A stretch of DNA of 64,000 nucleotides from Eledone cirrhosa (taxonomy: Eukaryota). Each line of letters starts with the position of its first letter. Position 1 is the stretch's first letter. This document shows, piece after piece, positions 1-15,916 of the stretch. The translations under genes and the position numbers were made by a program. Under the pieces are notes generated by a model that was not told the origin of the DNA, did no database searches, and saw only the letters and a list, made by a program, of their open reading frames with translations. Where the stretch lies: NCBI GenBank assembly GCA_964016885.1, contig OZ024746.1:73718001-73782000 (forward strand). The letters run 5' to 3'.

Positions 1-186
1 TATATATGTATATGTATACATATATATATATATATACATATATATATACATATATATTTATACATATATATATATATATATATATACATATATCTATATA
101 TACATACATATATACATATATATATACATACATATATACATATATATATACATATATATATACATATACACATATATATATACATA

Positions 187-796
187 TGGTGGCTGCCAAC
201 TCGTTTTCGAGTACGGCCACTACTTTATATGTAGGAGAACCCCTACCGATGCGCTGAACGAGTGTGAATTTTTAGTCCAGCCAGCGACTTGAAAACTCTG
301 GTACAAACGCTACACTTGTGACAATTATTGACACATAGTGCTGGGCCCATGGTACCATGTGATGACAAGTGCAGAGAGATCTCCAGATATAAAGCAATGC
401 CTGTGCCGTGAAGCTTTTATAGTGAGCAAAGGCACTGCACAAAGCCAGTCCCACTCTCTTAACCAAGATGATATTTACCAAAAAGAAGAACAAGTCAACA
501 TCATTGGATACCATCAGGGTTGCAGGTGTTACATCAGAGTTTTCCTTCTCCTAGAATTCTGCCTTGACAAAGGCTAAGGGGTCATCTCTCCCGGTGATTT
601 TGGATGGCCATTGACTCTTAAGAGCTCCTTTGCCCTTTGACAGGTTTTGTTTTTAGTCCTGCAGGATGTCCAAAGTCACCCTCCTCACCAAGAAACCTTG
701 GTGGGGTTGCCAGTTTAGTCGCCAACGACCCGACCATGAGACAGGTTGTACTGGGATACATGTTACCAGTAGCACCAACTGGTGACCTGGCATAAC

Positions 797-797
<1 letters not shown>
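187..797 (-). mobile_element. Non-autonomous, internally deleted RTE LINE derivative (5' UTR joined to 3' end), copy 1
   Basis: Near-identical to 972-1370 and 37187-37795. The middle part is homologous to the UTR upstream of the RTE endonuclease fragment (about 15000-15170). The minus strand retains the C-terminal zinc-finger-like codons [16 protein letters not shown] and a terminal CTCG-aaaa-CGAG hairpin. Flanked by (TA)/(TACA) repeats. Confidence 0.8.
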
Positions 798-829
<32 letters not shown>

Positions 830-882
830 TATACATACATACATACATACACATATATACATACATACATACATACATATAC

Positions 883-924
<42 letters not shown>

Positions 925-971
925 ATACATATAAACACACATACATACATACATACATATACATATATATA

Positions 972-1370
972 TGGTGGCTGCCAACTCGTTTTCGAGTACG
1001 GCCACTACTTTATATCCATGTAGGAGAACCCCTACCGGTGCGCTGAACGAGTGTGACTTTTTAGTCCAGCGACTTGAAAACTCTGGTACAAACACTACAC
1101 CTGTGACAATTATTGACACATAGTGCTGGGCCCATGGTACCATGTGACGACAAGTGCAGAGAGATCTCCAGATATAAAGCAATGCCTGTGCTGTGAAGCT
1201 TTTATAGTGAGCAAAGGCACTGCACAAAGCCAGTCCCACTCTCTTAACCAAGATGATATTTACCAAAAAGAAGAACAAGTCAACATCATTGGATACCATC
1301 AGGGTTTCAGGTGTTATATCAGAGTTTTCCTTCTCCTAGAATTCTGCCTTGACAAAGGCTAAGGGGTCAT
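972..1370 (-). mobile_element. RTE derivative copy 2, 5'-truncated, tandem to copy 1
   Basis: Direct repeat of 187-585. Confidence 0.8.
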
Positions 1371-1432
1371 ATGTTGATTTAAAAACTGCACTATCCACAA
1401 GTGTTTTTTAGCCTTCATATCATGTCCTCCTG

Positions 1433-1499
1433 TTTTATCTGATGAAAACACAAATATTATTGCATGATGATGTTTGTTTTTGAAATGCGCATAATAAAA
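1433..1499 (+). ncRNA. Minimal type-I hammerhead ribozyme motif
   Basis: TTTTAT-CTGATGA-long stem II-GAAA-T GCGC A-TA-ATAAAA; palindromic stem III, predicted AUA site. Confidence 0.75.
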
Positions 1500-1624
1500 T
1501 ACATGGAACTCCTTTAACCATCTTTTGATCTTATATATTATGTATACTCCAGTCCTACAAACTGTAGAGTGCTTCTTATCCGATATCTGCATTGCTTTAT
1601 TGTACTACAATAAAACTCACCTCC

Positions 1625-1666
<42 letters not shown>

Positions 1667-1724
1667 TATACCAGATAGAAAAATGCGTACACCAAAAAAA
1701 AAGTAACATTGTTGGAATACAAAC

Positions 1725-1850
1725 CCCTAAAAATACAGGACAAGAAACCAAAACAAAACTTCAAAAGAACAGGACAAGAAACCAAGACAAAACTTTAAAA
1801 GAATAGGACAAGAAACCAAGATAAAACCTTAAAGAACTGGACAAGAAATA
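1725..1850. repeat. Minisatellite with a unit of about 33 bp, about 4 copies
   Basis: Recurring GGACAAGAAACCAA...AAAAC. Confidence 0.75.
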
Positions 1851-1944
1851 AAAAATTTCACAATAATATTAGTTGCAAAATTTTCATTGGTAAAAAATCG
1901 AGTTCCACATTCATAGGCTCTGGGTTACACATTCAGAGGTCTGA

Positions 1945-3963
<2,019 letters not shown>

Positions 3964-4284
3964 ATTGTTATACTTTGGGAGGGTCATGTCACAACTTACA
4001 ATTAAGGACAAAATGAAAACACACACAGGACAAAATGAAAACACACACACACATAGAACAAACAACTTACAGTTAAGGACAAAATGAAAACACACACACA
4101 CATAGAACAAACAACCAACCAACAATAAATAAATAAATAAATAAACAAATAGATAAATGAACACAAACACACACAGACACCCGGATGTGGCGCATGCGCA
4201 AACTGAGCACACAACACACACACAGAAACAAAATGGCGTAGGATAGAAGAAAGGAAAGGCACAGAAACAAAGAAAGGAATCCCC

Positions 4285-4329
4285 AGTCACTGAAGAGGTC
4301 ACAGAGTGTGTGACGAAAGGACTATGACT
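4285..4329 (+). ncRNA. Hammerhead ribozyme motif
   Basis: AGTCA-CTGAAGA-g-GTCAC/GTGAC-GAAA-GGAC-TA-TGACT; second copy on the minus strand at 38374-38418. Confidence 0.7.
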
Positions 4330-4552
4330 ATATATAAACAACTATCTGGTTGTGGAACCAACCAACCAACCAAAAATTTATAAGTTTGTAAATTTGTAAA
4401 TTTATAAATTTATAAATATATAATAAATTGAAGTGAAAGCAACTGGTGCGTGTGTTTCTTATTGGCAACATGACCCTCCCAAAGTATAACAATATCGGTT
4501 TCAACACACGATTTCAGATAAAGAATCTTGCTAAACAAATTCAGAAACGAAA

Positions 4553-5711
<1,159 letters not shown>

Positions 5712-5712
<1 letters not shown>

Positions 5713-6010
5713 ATTTCGTTTCGTGTGGGCAACGGTTGAACAAATTGAGGCTGGTATTCAAGTAGTTCGTATTAGAAAACGGCTGTGTAAGTGTATTCTA
5801 ATTTTCTGCAGTATGTAAATAAATTTTCGATCCGTTATTGTAGGGTGTGGATTTTTCCAATATCCACCATTTTATGGAAAACTCTGTGCCATTTTCTTTG
5901 AGGTTCCACACGGAGCTTACGAGTTTAGTGGTATGCCTATTGTCGGGATATCTAAAGGCCGTTTCGTGTTTAAGGAAAGGGCTCTCTGATGCCTACATAT
6001 GTCGGGGTTT
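5712..6010 (-). mobile_element. Degenerate Penelope-like GIY-YIG endonuclease C-terminal fragment
   Basis: With frameshifts, the minus strand reads YVG...HETAFRYPDNRHTTKLVSSVWNLKENGTEFSI..WILEKSTPY...YLNT...RCPHETK, matching the PLE C-terminal pattern. Confidence 0.65.
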
Positions 6011-6132
6011 CTGTTTGATGATTCTCGTTGGTGACCTTTACCAACCTGAATCACTAAACAGAAACCTGGACATATGTGCGCCTATCTGTCTGTATATATA
6101 CTAAATCATAATATATCTCTTTACATTTCCAG

Positions 6133-6365
6133 CGCTTTATGGTTTCCTGTTCAGTAAAAACACAGAAGCTGCCTTTGCAAACTACCGCCTTTGGGAATCA
6201 GTTGGCTTCGTCATGACATTTGCCTACTCTACCAATGTATCTGTCAGTACGAGACTTTACATTTGCATTGGTTTTCTCATCTTTGGAATGGTAGGCTACA
6301 GTATTGTTGAGATAACCTTGCGATGGCGCAATAGGATGTCTTTCGATGTGTCAAAGAAAACTTAA
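6133..6365 (+). CDS. unc93a: Terminal coding exon of an UNC-93A-like MFS membrane protein; upstream exons not seen in this window
   Basis: Pyrimidine tract and AG acceptor (ttacatttccag, ending at 6132), then an open frame (A)LYGFLFSKNTEAAFANYRLWESVGFVMTFAYS...GMVGYSIVE...KKT ending TAA at 6363-6365. EAAFANYRLWE is the characteristic UNC-93A C-terminal motif. Confidence 0.9.
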
Positions 6366-6389
6366 TCCCAGAAATACATGGAATAGGTT

Positions 6390-6774
6390 TAGACACCTCA
6401 AAAGGTGACGTGACGTTTAGAAGAATCACGTACACCAAAAACATTAATGTGAGTCGGGAAGAACAAGCATACATATATTAGAAAAAGTTATGTGAGGTTT
6501 AAATGAACGCAAATATGTGTATGTGTATGTGTATGTGTGTGATGAGTTTTTGATAAACAATAACATAAATGGCAGTAAAATGTGTCGTGAGCTTTAGGAG
6601 AAAAAAATAAGCAACAGAAAGTGTAGCATGAGATTTAGATAGACATAAACACATAGACACAATAAAAGATGTTTATGTCCTTGTTCAACTAAATCTCACG
6701 TAACACACACACATACACACACATACATACATATATATATATAATGAAGGAAGTGTGGTAAGTAACCAGGTGGA

Positions 6775-6808
<34 letters not shown>

Positions 6809-7520
6809 AGCAGAATAATTTCTGTGATGTTTAATTGAACAAAGAAATGAATAGAATGCATAGATACCAAGAAGTGACATGATATTTAGAATATATATAT
6901 ACAGTAAAGTGGAATTTAAATTAACATACAGGTATGAGAGAAAGTAAAGAAATTTAGAAATCAAGTATCTAGACACAAGAACAGTCACTTGAAGTATAAA
7001 AAAAATCGAAGTTAGATACTAGAAAAAGTTACGTGAGATTTAGAATGCAAGAATATAAACATGAGATCAAGTTAACTGAGATTTAAATTAACAAAGAGTT
7101 AGTTATCATAAAAAAGTAATTAGAGACTTAAAAGAAAACAAATTAGTATCATAAAGGGTGGGGTGAAGTTTAAATTAATAAATATTTAGATATAATGAAA
7201 AGTGAGGCAAGAGTTAGAAGAACAAATATATAAACACCAGTGAAACGGACACGGAATTTAAAAGATAGATTAGGAACGAAAAAAAGTATTGTAGGGTTTA
7301 AATGAACAAATATAGAAATTAGATATAAGATTTAGATGGAGAAATATACCAGAAAAAGTCACTTGAGATTTATATTAACAAATATAGATACGATGAAAAA
7401 ATGACGACGTTCAAATGGACAAAAATATAAACACGAGTAGTAAAGTTTAACAGATCAAACATATACATCAGAGAAAATAATAACATGAGGTATAGAACAA
7501 AATATATATACATATCAGAA
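6390..7520. repeat. Highly degenerate tandem repeat of about 40 bp downstream of the UNC93A-like stop codon
   Basis: Recurring AGAAAAAGT..GTGAGATTTA.AT.AACAAATATA.ATAC-like units. Confidence 0.55.
6661..6666 (+). promoter_or_regulatory. Possible polyadenylation signal of the UNC93A-like gene
   Basis: AATAAA about 300 nt after the stop codon; weak evidence in AT-rich DNA. Confidence 0.25.
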
Positions 7521-7941
7521 AACCCGGCCGACAATTATTTTTTTTTACATTTATGTAATTTCACTGTTCTTTGTTGTTATATTTCCTTTCCATTATTTTG
7601 TTTTCTAACCTAAAACTCGGTGATGATGAATTGTTAATTATTCTTAAATATGGATAATTTCATTAAAAAAACCTACACCGATCTCGACGATGTTTTGTAC
7701 ATGCGTGAACGCGTATGTATGTCTGCATGTACACATGCATAACCATGAATGTTAATTGCCCTAACATAAACACGAAAAAGTGAGTCGTAACCAATGTTAT
7801 TCACGAAGTCAAGCAAATATTGATCCATCAGATATATACCATGATATATAAAGTAACACTAATCACATTCTTTAGATCTATATTCTGAATATTCCCAGCG
7901 AATCAAAAATCAAACCTTTATATATATATATACATATATCA

Positions 7942-8675
7942 AGTAAGTATGTTTTGAAACAGCGAGCAAGTTTGAAATTAGAAAATAGAAGCTTTCACCG
8001 TATTGTTTTTGAGTAAAGAAATTTTAGTCTGATAGTGGGGTTTAGAACCCTCAGATAAATGGAAAAAGATGAGTATTGACGTACATGGGAGTCGAACCCA
8101 CATCTTTCGTTATCCAGACCACTGTGCTACCATTACACCAACACATCACCCATCTCCTTCCATTCAAATTAGAAGTTACATTCTTAGCAAGTATGATGAG
8201 TAGTAAGTATGTTTTGAAACAGCGAGCAAGTTTGAAATTAGAAAATAGAAGCTTTCACCGTATTTTTTTTTTACTAAAGAAATTTTAGCCTGATAGTGGG
8301 GTTTAGAATCGTACATGAGTACGTCAATACTAATCTTTTTCCATTTATCTGAGGGTTCTAAACCCCACTATCAGGCTAAAATTTCTTTAGTAAAAAGAAA
8401 ATACGGTGAAAGCTTTTATTTTCTAATTTCAAACTTGCTCACTGTTTCAAAACATACTTACTTGTCATCATACTTGCTGAGAATATAACTTCTAATTTGA
8501 ATGGAAGGAGATGGGTGATGTTTTGGTGTAATGGTAGCACAGTGGTCTGGATAACGAAAGATGTGGGTTCGACTCCCATGTACGTCAATACTAATCTATT
8601 TCCATTTATCTGAGGGTTCTAAACCCCACTATCAGGCTAACATTTCTTTAGTAAAAACAAATTCGTTGAAAGCTT
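7942..8675. repeat. Fold-back element made of a tandem unit of about 260 bp and its inverted copy, flanked by (TA)n
   Basis: 7942-8048 is repeated at 8203-8308; 8320-8675 is the reverse complement of the unit. Confidence 0.85.
8517..8587 (+). pseudogene. tRNA-like sequence; inverted copy at 8077-8147 on the minus strand
   Basis: Acceptor, D (GTGT/GCAC) and T (GTGGG TTCGACT CCCAT) arms fold, with A and B boxes present. The anticodon stem around CT-GGA-TA does not pair. Confidence 0.6.
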
Positions 8676-10497
8676 ATATATATATATATATATATATATA
8701 AATTTAGCGAGAATCGCATTTCGGCGAGTAGAAATTAGCGAAACGCAACTTCCGATTTGTGTTGGCAAGCGCTCCATGGACCAGAATAGACCAAAGCAAT
8801 AAACATAAGTTATAAAGGCCATACAAACTGAGACGGCGGTTAAGAAGCTATTAACCACCTAAGCCAAAAAAAACGAGTAAGCTAAGCGGGTCAAACAAAA
8901 TATGATATGATTGAAATATTTACCCGGACCCTGGAAATGATGGTAAAATCCAATACAGGGTTTCTGCGACTCCTAAATCAATAATACTGTCTGCTTAAAA
9001 AAAATAAGCTTTTGGTATAATGATCCAACAAGGAAATCACGTTCTCAACAGGCATTTTGTTCTGCGCCAGGATTAGAATCTCACAGTGTTTTGAAAGCGC
9101 ATGTGAACTCTAAAGGGGAGAAAACCCCAAACTTTGGCAAATGAATTCAGTATGTGTAGTCAATGCAAACATTCTTGTTTGCATTTCCCACTTATGAACA
9201 CACACACGCACACGCACACACACACACACACACATGCACACGCACACGCACACACACACACACACATATATGAGAAAGAGAAACAGATTAATTTTCATGC
9301 ATCATGTATTGAGTATTCTTTTCTTTATTTGTACACACATACACACACAGGCGCATTAATTCATATTCTATGCATCCTGTGAATTTCTATTCCATGTATG
9401 AGTATATTTATGTAAATATTTGATTATATATATATATATACCCATGCTTATAAGAAGGTATTATATATATATATATATCTATATATATATAATATATATA
9501 TATATATATTTATATATATAAGTATTGAAGTTTCCGTTGAAAATTGAAAAAGTCATAGGAGTGAAGAGTGCTCTATGTAAGTTACAGAGCTAAATTTAAT
9601 GTATAATAAACAATACAATATAATTACCTCATTACCAGAGGTTTGCTGAATAAGACGAATACAAGAAACGTCCTCATTCGTTCGCCAGACAAGACAATTT
9701 AAAACATAGTAAAATATTTGAAAAATCTCCTCAAGAAAGGCAAAAGTTTAACGGGCAAAAAAATATATAAATAAAAGTAATGCAAGAGATATATAAAAAT
9801 AAAATAAGGAAATATAGTAAGGGTATGTGTATAAATGTGTGTATATGCACCAACAAATGTACATATGTGTGTATGTACAAATGCATGTGTATAGTGAAAA
9901 AATGTGTGCGTAAGTACATACATGAGGTCAAGCATATCAGTGTATGTGTGACCACAAATACGTATATAATATATGTTGAAAAAAGAAATTGTAAGATAAT
10001 AGAGTTAGCGTACATACAGACTCAGGGACTAAGGATTGAAATATATACACATACAAGTATGAAAGCACGCGTATAAACACACACACACGCGCAACCACAT
10101 ACATGCATGTGATATATACAGGGAAGGGAGTGTATCAGTCAAAGCAGTGTCAGGCTGAAGGTCGATACATATATAAAAATATAAAATATGAAAATGAAAA
10201 AATGAAAAAATATATGAGAATAAAAAAATTAAATCAAAGAGAAAGTAAGAGGGTGGGGGTTATCAATTATAAAGTAACACTAGAAAAAATAGAAAACATA
10301 CAGAGGTTCGTACACACACATATATATATATATAAAAATATATATAAATACGTACAGAAAAAGCACATAGATGCGTACATACATAGAAAAGCGCGCATAC
10401 ATACACACGAAGCACATATATATACACATACATGTACATTTAATCATACGCACGCACGCGACCATATATATATATATATACATATACACATATATAT

Positions 10498-10546
<49 letters not shown>

Positions 10547-10844
10547 CTCACACACACACATATATATAAAAATATGTAAAAACATAGATATAAAAACACA
10601 CATACACACACACATATACACACATACGCGCACATACGAATGCATTCGTATACATATACAAACACGTATACACACATATGCACACTTACACGCATACATA
10701 CAATATAAAAACCAGCCGTATGAATAAATGAGTACAAATTATACGCAAGTAAACATACATAAAAGCGGCTGAGGGACAACAGAATATATCTGGAGTTGAA
10801 AACGCAAGTGACATGTGGTATCAGGTAGTGAAAGAAAAGGGGGA

Positions 10845-10975
10845 AGAAAAATGAGATGGAAAGCTTTGATTTTCGATGGACACTTTAACACGGACTCTAC
10901 AGAATATTTTGATATCAAGTCTCATAAATACCCGCAAAGAGTAAAAGATATGACCGCTTTTGAACTAGACTTACC
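10845..10975 (+). mobile_element. Penelope-like ORF N-terminal fragment
   Basis: RKMRWKALIF...EYFDIKS...P...DMTAFELDL resembles the RMRWKA...FE.DL motif upstream of PLE RT. Confidence 0.55.
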
Positions 10976-11567
10976 CGCCGAGGCAAAATTTGCCTTTCCT
11001 CCTTACGGGGTCGATAAAATAAAGCACCAGTAATGCATTAGGATAATTGTTGGCCTTGTGCCAAAAGTAGAAACATTTATATGAATATACCAATTTAAAA
11101 TAAAATGTAAAGCATATCTTTTATTCAATAAAAATGCAACTTTAATCTCTCTGTGAAGTGCCAACTTAGCGGTTACAGCGCAGATTCCATCTCTGTGACA
11201 AGAAACAGTTATATTGATCCGAGTAATTTTTTGTCTTCTTAGACTCTCATCCGAGAACCATGCAAGGGAACGGGCAAAAAATTATGTTTTTGTTTGGATT
11301 GTCCGTTCTCTTGTGAGCTTGTGAATTCCTCCACAGCTTTGTGCAGGCGCAAATGTGGAGGAAATTGATCACCTAACTGCCACCCAATTCAATGCTATCC
11401 TAGCTGAGCCTCGCCATACACCAGCCTACACCACCTCAGTCAGCAACAAGACATGGTCACAGAGATCAATTCAATCAAAGAGCTGTAGTTTACCGATATG
11501 TGTCACCACTAGTCGTTTATGTCGGGACAATGGACTGACCGTTGATCGTACAGTGAAAATATAACTT

Positions 11568-11753
11568 AATTGTTTCTACATTTGGCACAAGGCCAGCAAT
11601 TACCCAGTACATTACTGGTACTTTATTTTATCGACCCCGTAAGGATGAAAGGCAAAGTTAACCTCGGCGGGATTTGAACTGAGTCCGTAAAGGGACGTAA
11701 CTGTGCTGCAAAGCATGGCGTCCGACCCATTATCGATACTGCCAATTCACCAC
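11568..11753 (-). mobile_element. Same SINE family
   Basis: Reverse complement of the 49666 copy. Confidence 0.85.
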
Positions 11754-12679
11754 ATGGTTTATACAATAAGGTTTTATATTGGAAAATAAAATTAGAATTG
11801 GAATTAAAAATTACTTGTATCAGTCGATCCTCTTACCTTTTGCGAAGAAATTTGATTTTAAAAATTCTTGGTATACTGAAGCATATAGGGAAATTCGCTC
11901 GTTAAAATCATAATTATGAAATTATATATTTTCCTCGATACATATTCATTAGAAAATAAATTTGTCAACCTAGAGTTCTCTCCCTTAGAAGTTTTGAAAG
12001 TCACTTCCCTTGCATCATAAACTATATTTTATCGCTAAAAACATTGAGTGACAGAATCCGCAGAAATGCGCGGAACACTAAAAAATACCTATTATTTAAT
12101 TACTCTTTTTACGTTATGTGTTCAAATCCATACCGAGATATTTTTTGCATTTTATCCACAAGTTGTCGATATCAGTAACACCCAAGTAATAATATCGAAA
12201 CCATCAACTGCATCCCCTCCCAACCAAATCTATTATTGTGTCTATATTAAGAGCTAATATTATTAAAATTCTGTAATGCACTGGGTAATTGCTGGCCTTG
12301 TGCCTAAAGTAGAAACAATTATTAAAATTATACGGACAGTGATGGAATGACATCTTAAACAGATTAGTTCCTGATTAAATACCAAACAGTAACTAGTTTT
12401 TTCTATTTTCTAAGTTCAAATGTCATTTTGTTATTCATTTTGATTAATGAAGTTTGACTAATGAATTTCAGTGATTTATTTTTTCTTAAGTTTACTGTTC
12501 ATTATCTAGTCATGTATTGGATAACTAGCTGTACTGAATATCGCCGATATTGCTGATATTGCTGCAATAAGCTACACCCCCTCCTTCTATACGATGGTAC
12601 TTACTTTCCATGTAAGAAGTCAATCAGAGAGACTCTACATATTTACTCAACTAACAAGAAATAGCAATCACATATCCGC

Positions 12680-12860
12680 CAGTTTACACGAATGAGTTAC
12701 AAACCTCTTTGGAAGGTGATCCACAGCATTTACAAGGTGTTCCACTAAATATGAATTTACTTTTAATTGTATTATGCAACAGAGTGACCTGTAACATGCC
12801 ACTTCAATTCTCCTGACCACAGCTATCTACCCTTACGAATACTTCAGGAGTTACAGGTCC
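12680..12860 (-). mobile_element. Possible old CR1-type LINE 3' fragment
   Basis: Degenerate GHS...F...VNA..LP..V-like translation on the minus strand. Confidence 0.3.
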
Positions 12861-13572
12861 ACATACATACATACTACATACATACATACATGCATACATG
12901 CATACATGCATACATACATGCATGCATGCATGTATGTATGTATGTATGTATGTATGTATGTATGTATGTATGTATGTATGTATGTATGTACACATACATA
13001 CATAGTTTAGCGGGGTGCTATAATTCTAGGTTTACGGTGTCTTCTGAGTGTTTTGTTTTCGGATTAAGGTAATCAACGGTCTTATTTACATAAATACACG
13101 GCTGTTCTCCGGCATGATTTCAGCTGTGATGGCGAAATCAAACTGAATACCTTATCAATTATAATAATCATTACTTAATTTTCTTTTTTTTTTTATAACT
13201 AAAGATGCAAGTTAGATTTATGGGTGTGTATCTTTAGCAAGCACACATGTTTAGTTTCACTGAGAAAAGTAGATTAAACTACATTTGTTTTCATTCTGTG
13301 AAGAAGAAAGGAGATTGGTCTGACTAGTTTCAACGTTTTTACCATTTTCTCTCTTCATCATAGATAGCATATTAATATTTCTGATCACGAAGATCAGTAG
13401 CATATAGCAATTTATAATACACATAAACAGGGATAGAAATAAATTAGCCTTTACTAATTTGCAATTGTTGGACGTGTGTATTAAGTAAATAACAGACGTA
13501 ATAGACAGTGTTTAATTTCTACATAAAATGAAGCAAACATAGATGCATACACACCTACATACATACATACAT

Positions 13573-14049
13573 GATGGCTGCAAACTCTGCTAAGAGTATT
13601 GCAATTGCTTGTCAGATTATCGAACAAGCAATGCCACTACTTTGAAGATTATTTTAAGTGGGTAAAGGCTTTGCACTCGTCCAATCCCACTCTCTGAGCA
13701 TCGAAAACACTACCCGAAAAGGAGAACTGATCAACATCATCGAATGCTTCTGAAGCCGCAGGTTTTTGTTCAGAGTTTCCCTCTCTTAGAAAGGTGCTGT
13801 GACAACAACTGAGGGCTTTTCACTCTCAGGTAAAAAAAAAGTGCTATTACTATTTGGATGGCCGTTGACTCTGTTGAGTTCCTCCGCCCTTTACGGGGTC
13901 TTCTATTTTATCCCGCAGGGTGTCCAAATGTCACCCCCTCACCAAGAAAGCTTGATGGGTTAGCCGGTTTAGTCGCCGACGACCCGACCATGAGACAGAT
14001 TGTACTGATTTACATGTTATCAGTAGCGTTCGAGAGCAACCTGACATAA
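13573..14049 (-). mobile_element. Diverged RTE derivative
   Basis: Same terminal motifs (atggctgc... and ...ccgaccatgagacag...ctgacataa) as 187-797. Confidence 0.7.
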
Positions 14050-14261
14050 AGTATGACTGAACTTGGATTTGTGGAAAAGACCGCAGCTCCCTAATTCATA
14101 GACTAGAAATAGCTGCGATAACTGGCACCTACAAAATTTGCAAAACATTATTGTGATTCAAGGGATGACAATTTATTTTCTTTTACAACCTTGCTACCAG
14201 GAAGGTGGCCGATCAAAAATGTACTCAAAATTAAGAGAAAGAGAAACATAAATACATACAT

Positions 14262-15190
14262 AATGGCTGCAAACTCGTGTTCGAGCATTGCCATCGCCTG
14301 ATGAAATGCTAAACAATGTGAGGCACGAATTTAGCTCTTTAAACCAGCCAAATACTTGCACCCTCTGGCACACACAGGGCAACTGTAGGCTCATCTGGGA
14401 CTTTCCACTGCTCTGCCATTCCAGTAAAACGTGTAGCCACTGGACATCTCAGTGATATGACCTTCTTCGAGTAGCCTTGTTTCAGATAAGGCAGCAATGT
14501 CCATATTGTATCGCCCCAGCTCTTTGGCAACAAGAGCCGATCTTCTTTCTGGTCGTGATTCCGAAGACACCAAATCTAATAAGGTCCGGATGTTCCAGCA
14601 ACCAATAATATTCATAAGCTTCTTCTTCTTCTTCTTCTTCTTCTTCTTCTTCTTCTTCTTCTTCTTCTTCTTCTTCTTCTTCTTCTTCTTCTTCTTCTTC
14701 TTCTTCTTCTTCTTCTTCTTCTTCTTCTTCTTCTTCTTCTTCTTCTTCTTCTTCTTCTTCTTCTTCTTCTTCTTCTTCTTCTTCTTCTTGTGGCAGGATG
14801 ATGACCGGGCCCATGCTACGGTGCCATGGGGCACCTGCCGGGCCAGACCCTTTCACCATCAGTTCCAAAGCCCCCATTGCCATTAATTCGTTCACCATTG
14901 AGTATTTTTGCCTTTTTTGGCTACGGCCAGCCACAATGCAAAAAATTATTTGTTCAAATCGATCAGGCGATACCTGTGCTTGAAATTTTTTTTAAGTGAA
15001 GAAAAGCCTTGCACAGAATTAATCCCACTCTCTGAGCATGGAAAACATGTACCGAAAAGAAGAACTGGTCAACATCATTGGATGCCCTCAACACCACAGG
15101 TGTTTATTCAGTGTTTCCCTCTCCGAGAGAAGTGTTGTGACAACAGCTAAGGGGGCATCTCACTTCCAGCGGGCTAGCTGCGCACCTGGA
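14262..15190 (-). mobile_element. Internally deleted RTE LINE: 5' UTR, APE endonuclease N-terminus and C-terminal zinc finger, interrupted by a (GAA)n expansion
   Basis: IIGCWNIRTLLD...PERRSALVAKELGRYNMDIAALSETRL...SSGYTFYW is the RTE endonuclease start. CPVCARGCKYLAGLKS lies near the 3' end. Confidence 0.85.
14619..14789. repeat. (CTT)n microsatellite
   Basis: Pure trinucleotide tract. Confidence 0.95.
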
Positions 15191-15385
15191 CGCCAACCCA
15201 GGTATTTCCTGTCCCAACGCACACTATTAAAAAAAAGTTAAAAGAATTAAAAGTGTATACATAAAGGTATACGTATGCAAACAGACACCCGAGAATATAT
15301 CAAATATACATATACACATACACACATATATATACATATACACACACATACACATACACATACATACACACATACATACATACAT

Positions 15386-15916
15386 GATGGCTGCCCCCTC
15401 GTTATCGAGTATGGCCATTTCACGATATACCATTATTAATAATTATTAATTAATTCTATCGTGTGTGAAGATATTTTTTAAAGTGAGGAAAGACTGTGCA
15501 CTGAGCCAATCCCACTCTCTGAGCGACAGTAGCTATAACATGAAAAGAAGAAAAAGATCAACATCATCGGTAACTACTGAGCCACAGGTTTTATATCGGA
15601 GTTATCCCAGTTTCCTGAGTTGCCTTCTCCTAGAAGAATGCCCTGACAAAGGTTAGGGGTCCTTCACTCTCAGTGGTTTAACCGCGCGGTACATGTGTAT
15701 ATACATATTTACACACTTTCGGATGGCCGTTGACTCTTATGAGTTCTTCCGCCCTTTGTCAGGTTTTGTTTTTGTCCTGCAGGGTGTCCAAAATCATCCT
15801 CCTCCTCACCAAGTAAAGTTGGTGGGGTTGCCGGTTTAGTCGCCGACGACCCGACCATACGACAGGTTGTACTGGGTTACATGTTACCAGTAGCACTCAA
15901 GAGTGATCCGACATAA
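15386..15916 (-). mobile_element. Diverged RTE derivative
   Basis: Homologous ends and middle to 187-797; flanked by (TACA)n. Confidence 0.7.

Noticed and set aside
272-577. Repeated ORFs of about 80 aa (MVSNDVD..., MLGPWYH...) as a small gene family
   Set aside because: They are chance frames within copies of the non-autonomous RTE derivative.
8022-8062. Hammerhead at CTGATAG...GATA
   Set aside because: Both core halves deviate from consensus, and no stem I or III could be built.
8517-8587. Functional tRNA-Ser(GGA)
   Set aside because: The anticodon stem is unpaired and the long variable arm is missing; kept only as tRNA-like.
14391-14934. Poly-K, poly-E and poly-F ORFs
   Set aside because: A (CTT)n expansion inside a dead RTE element.
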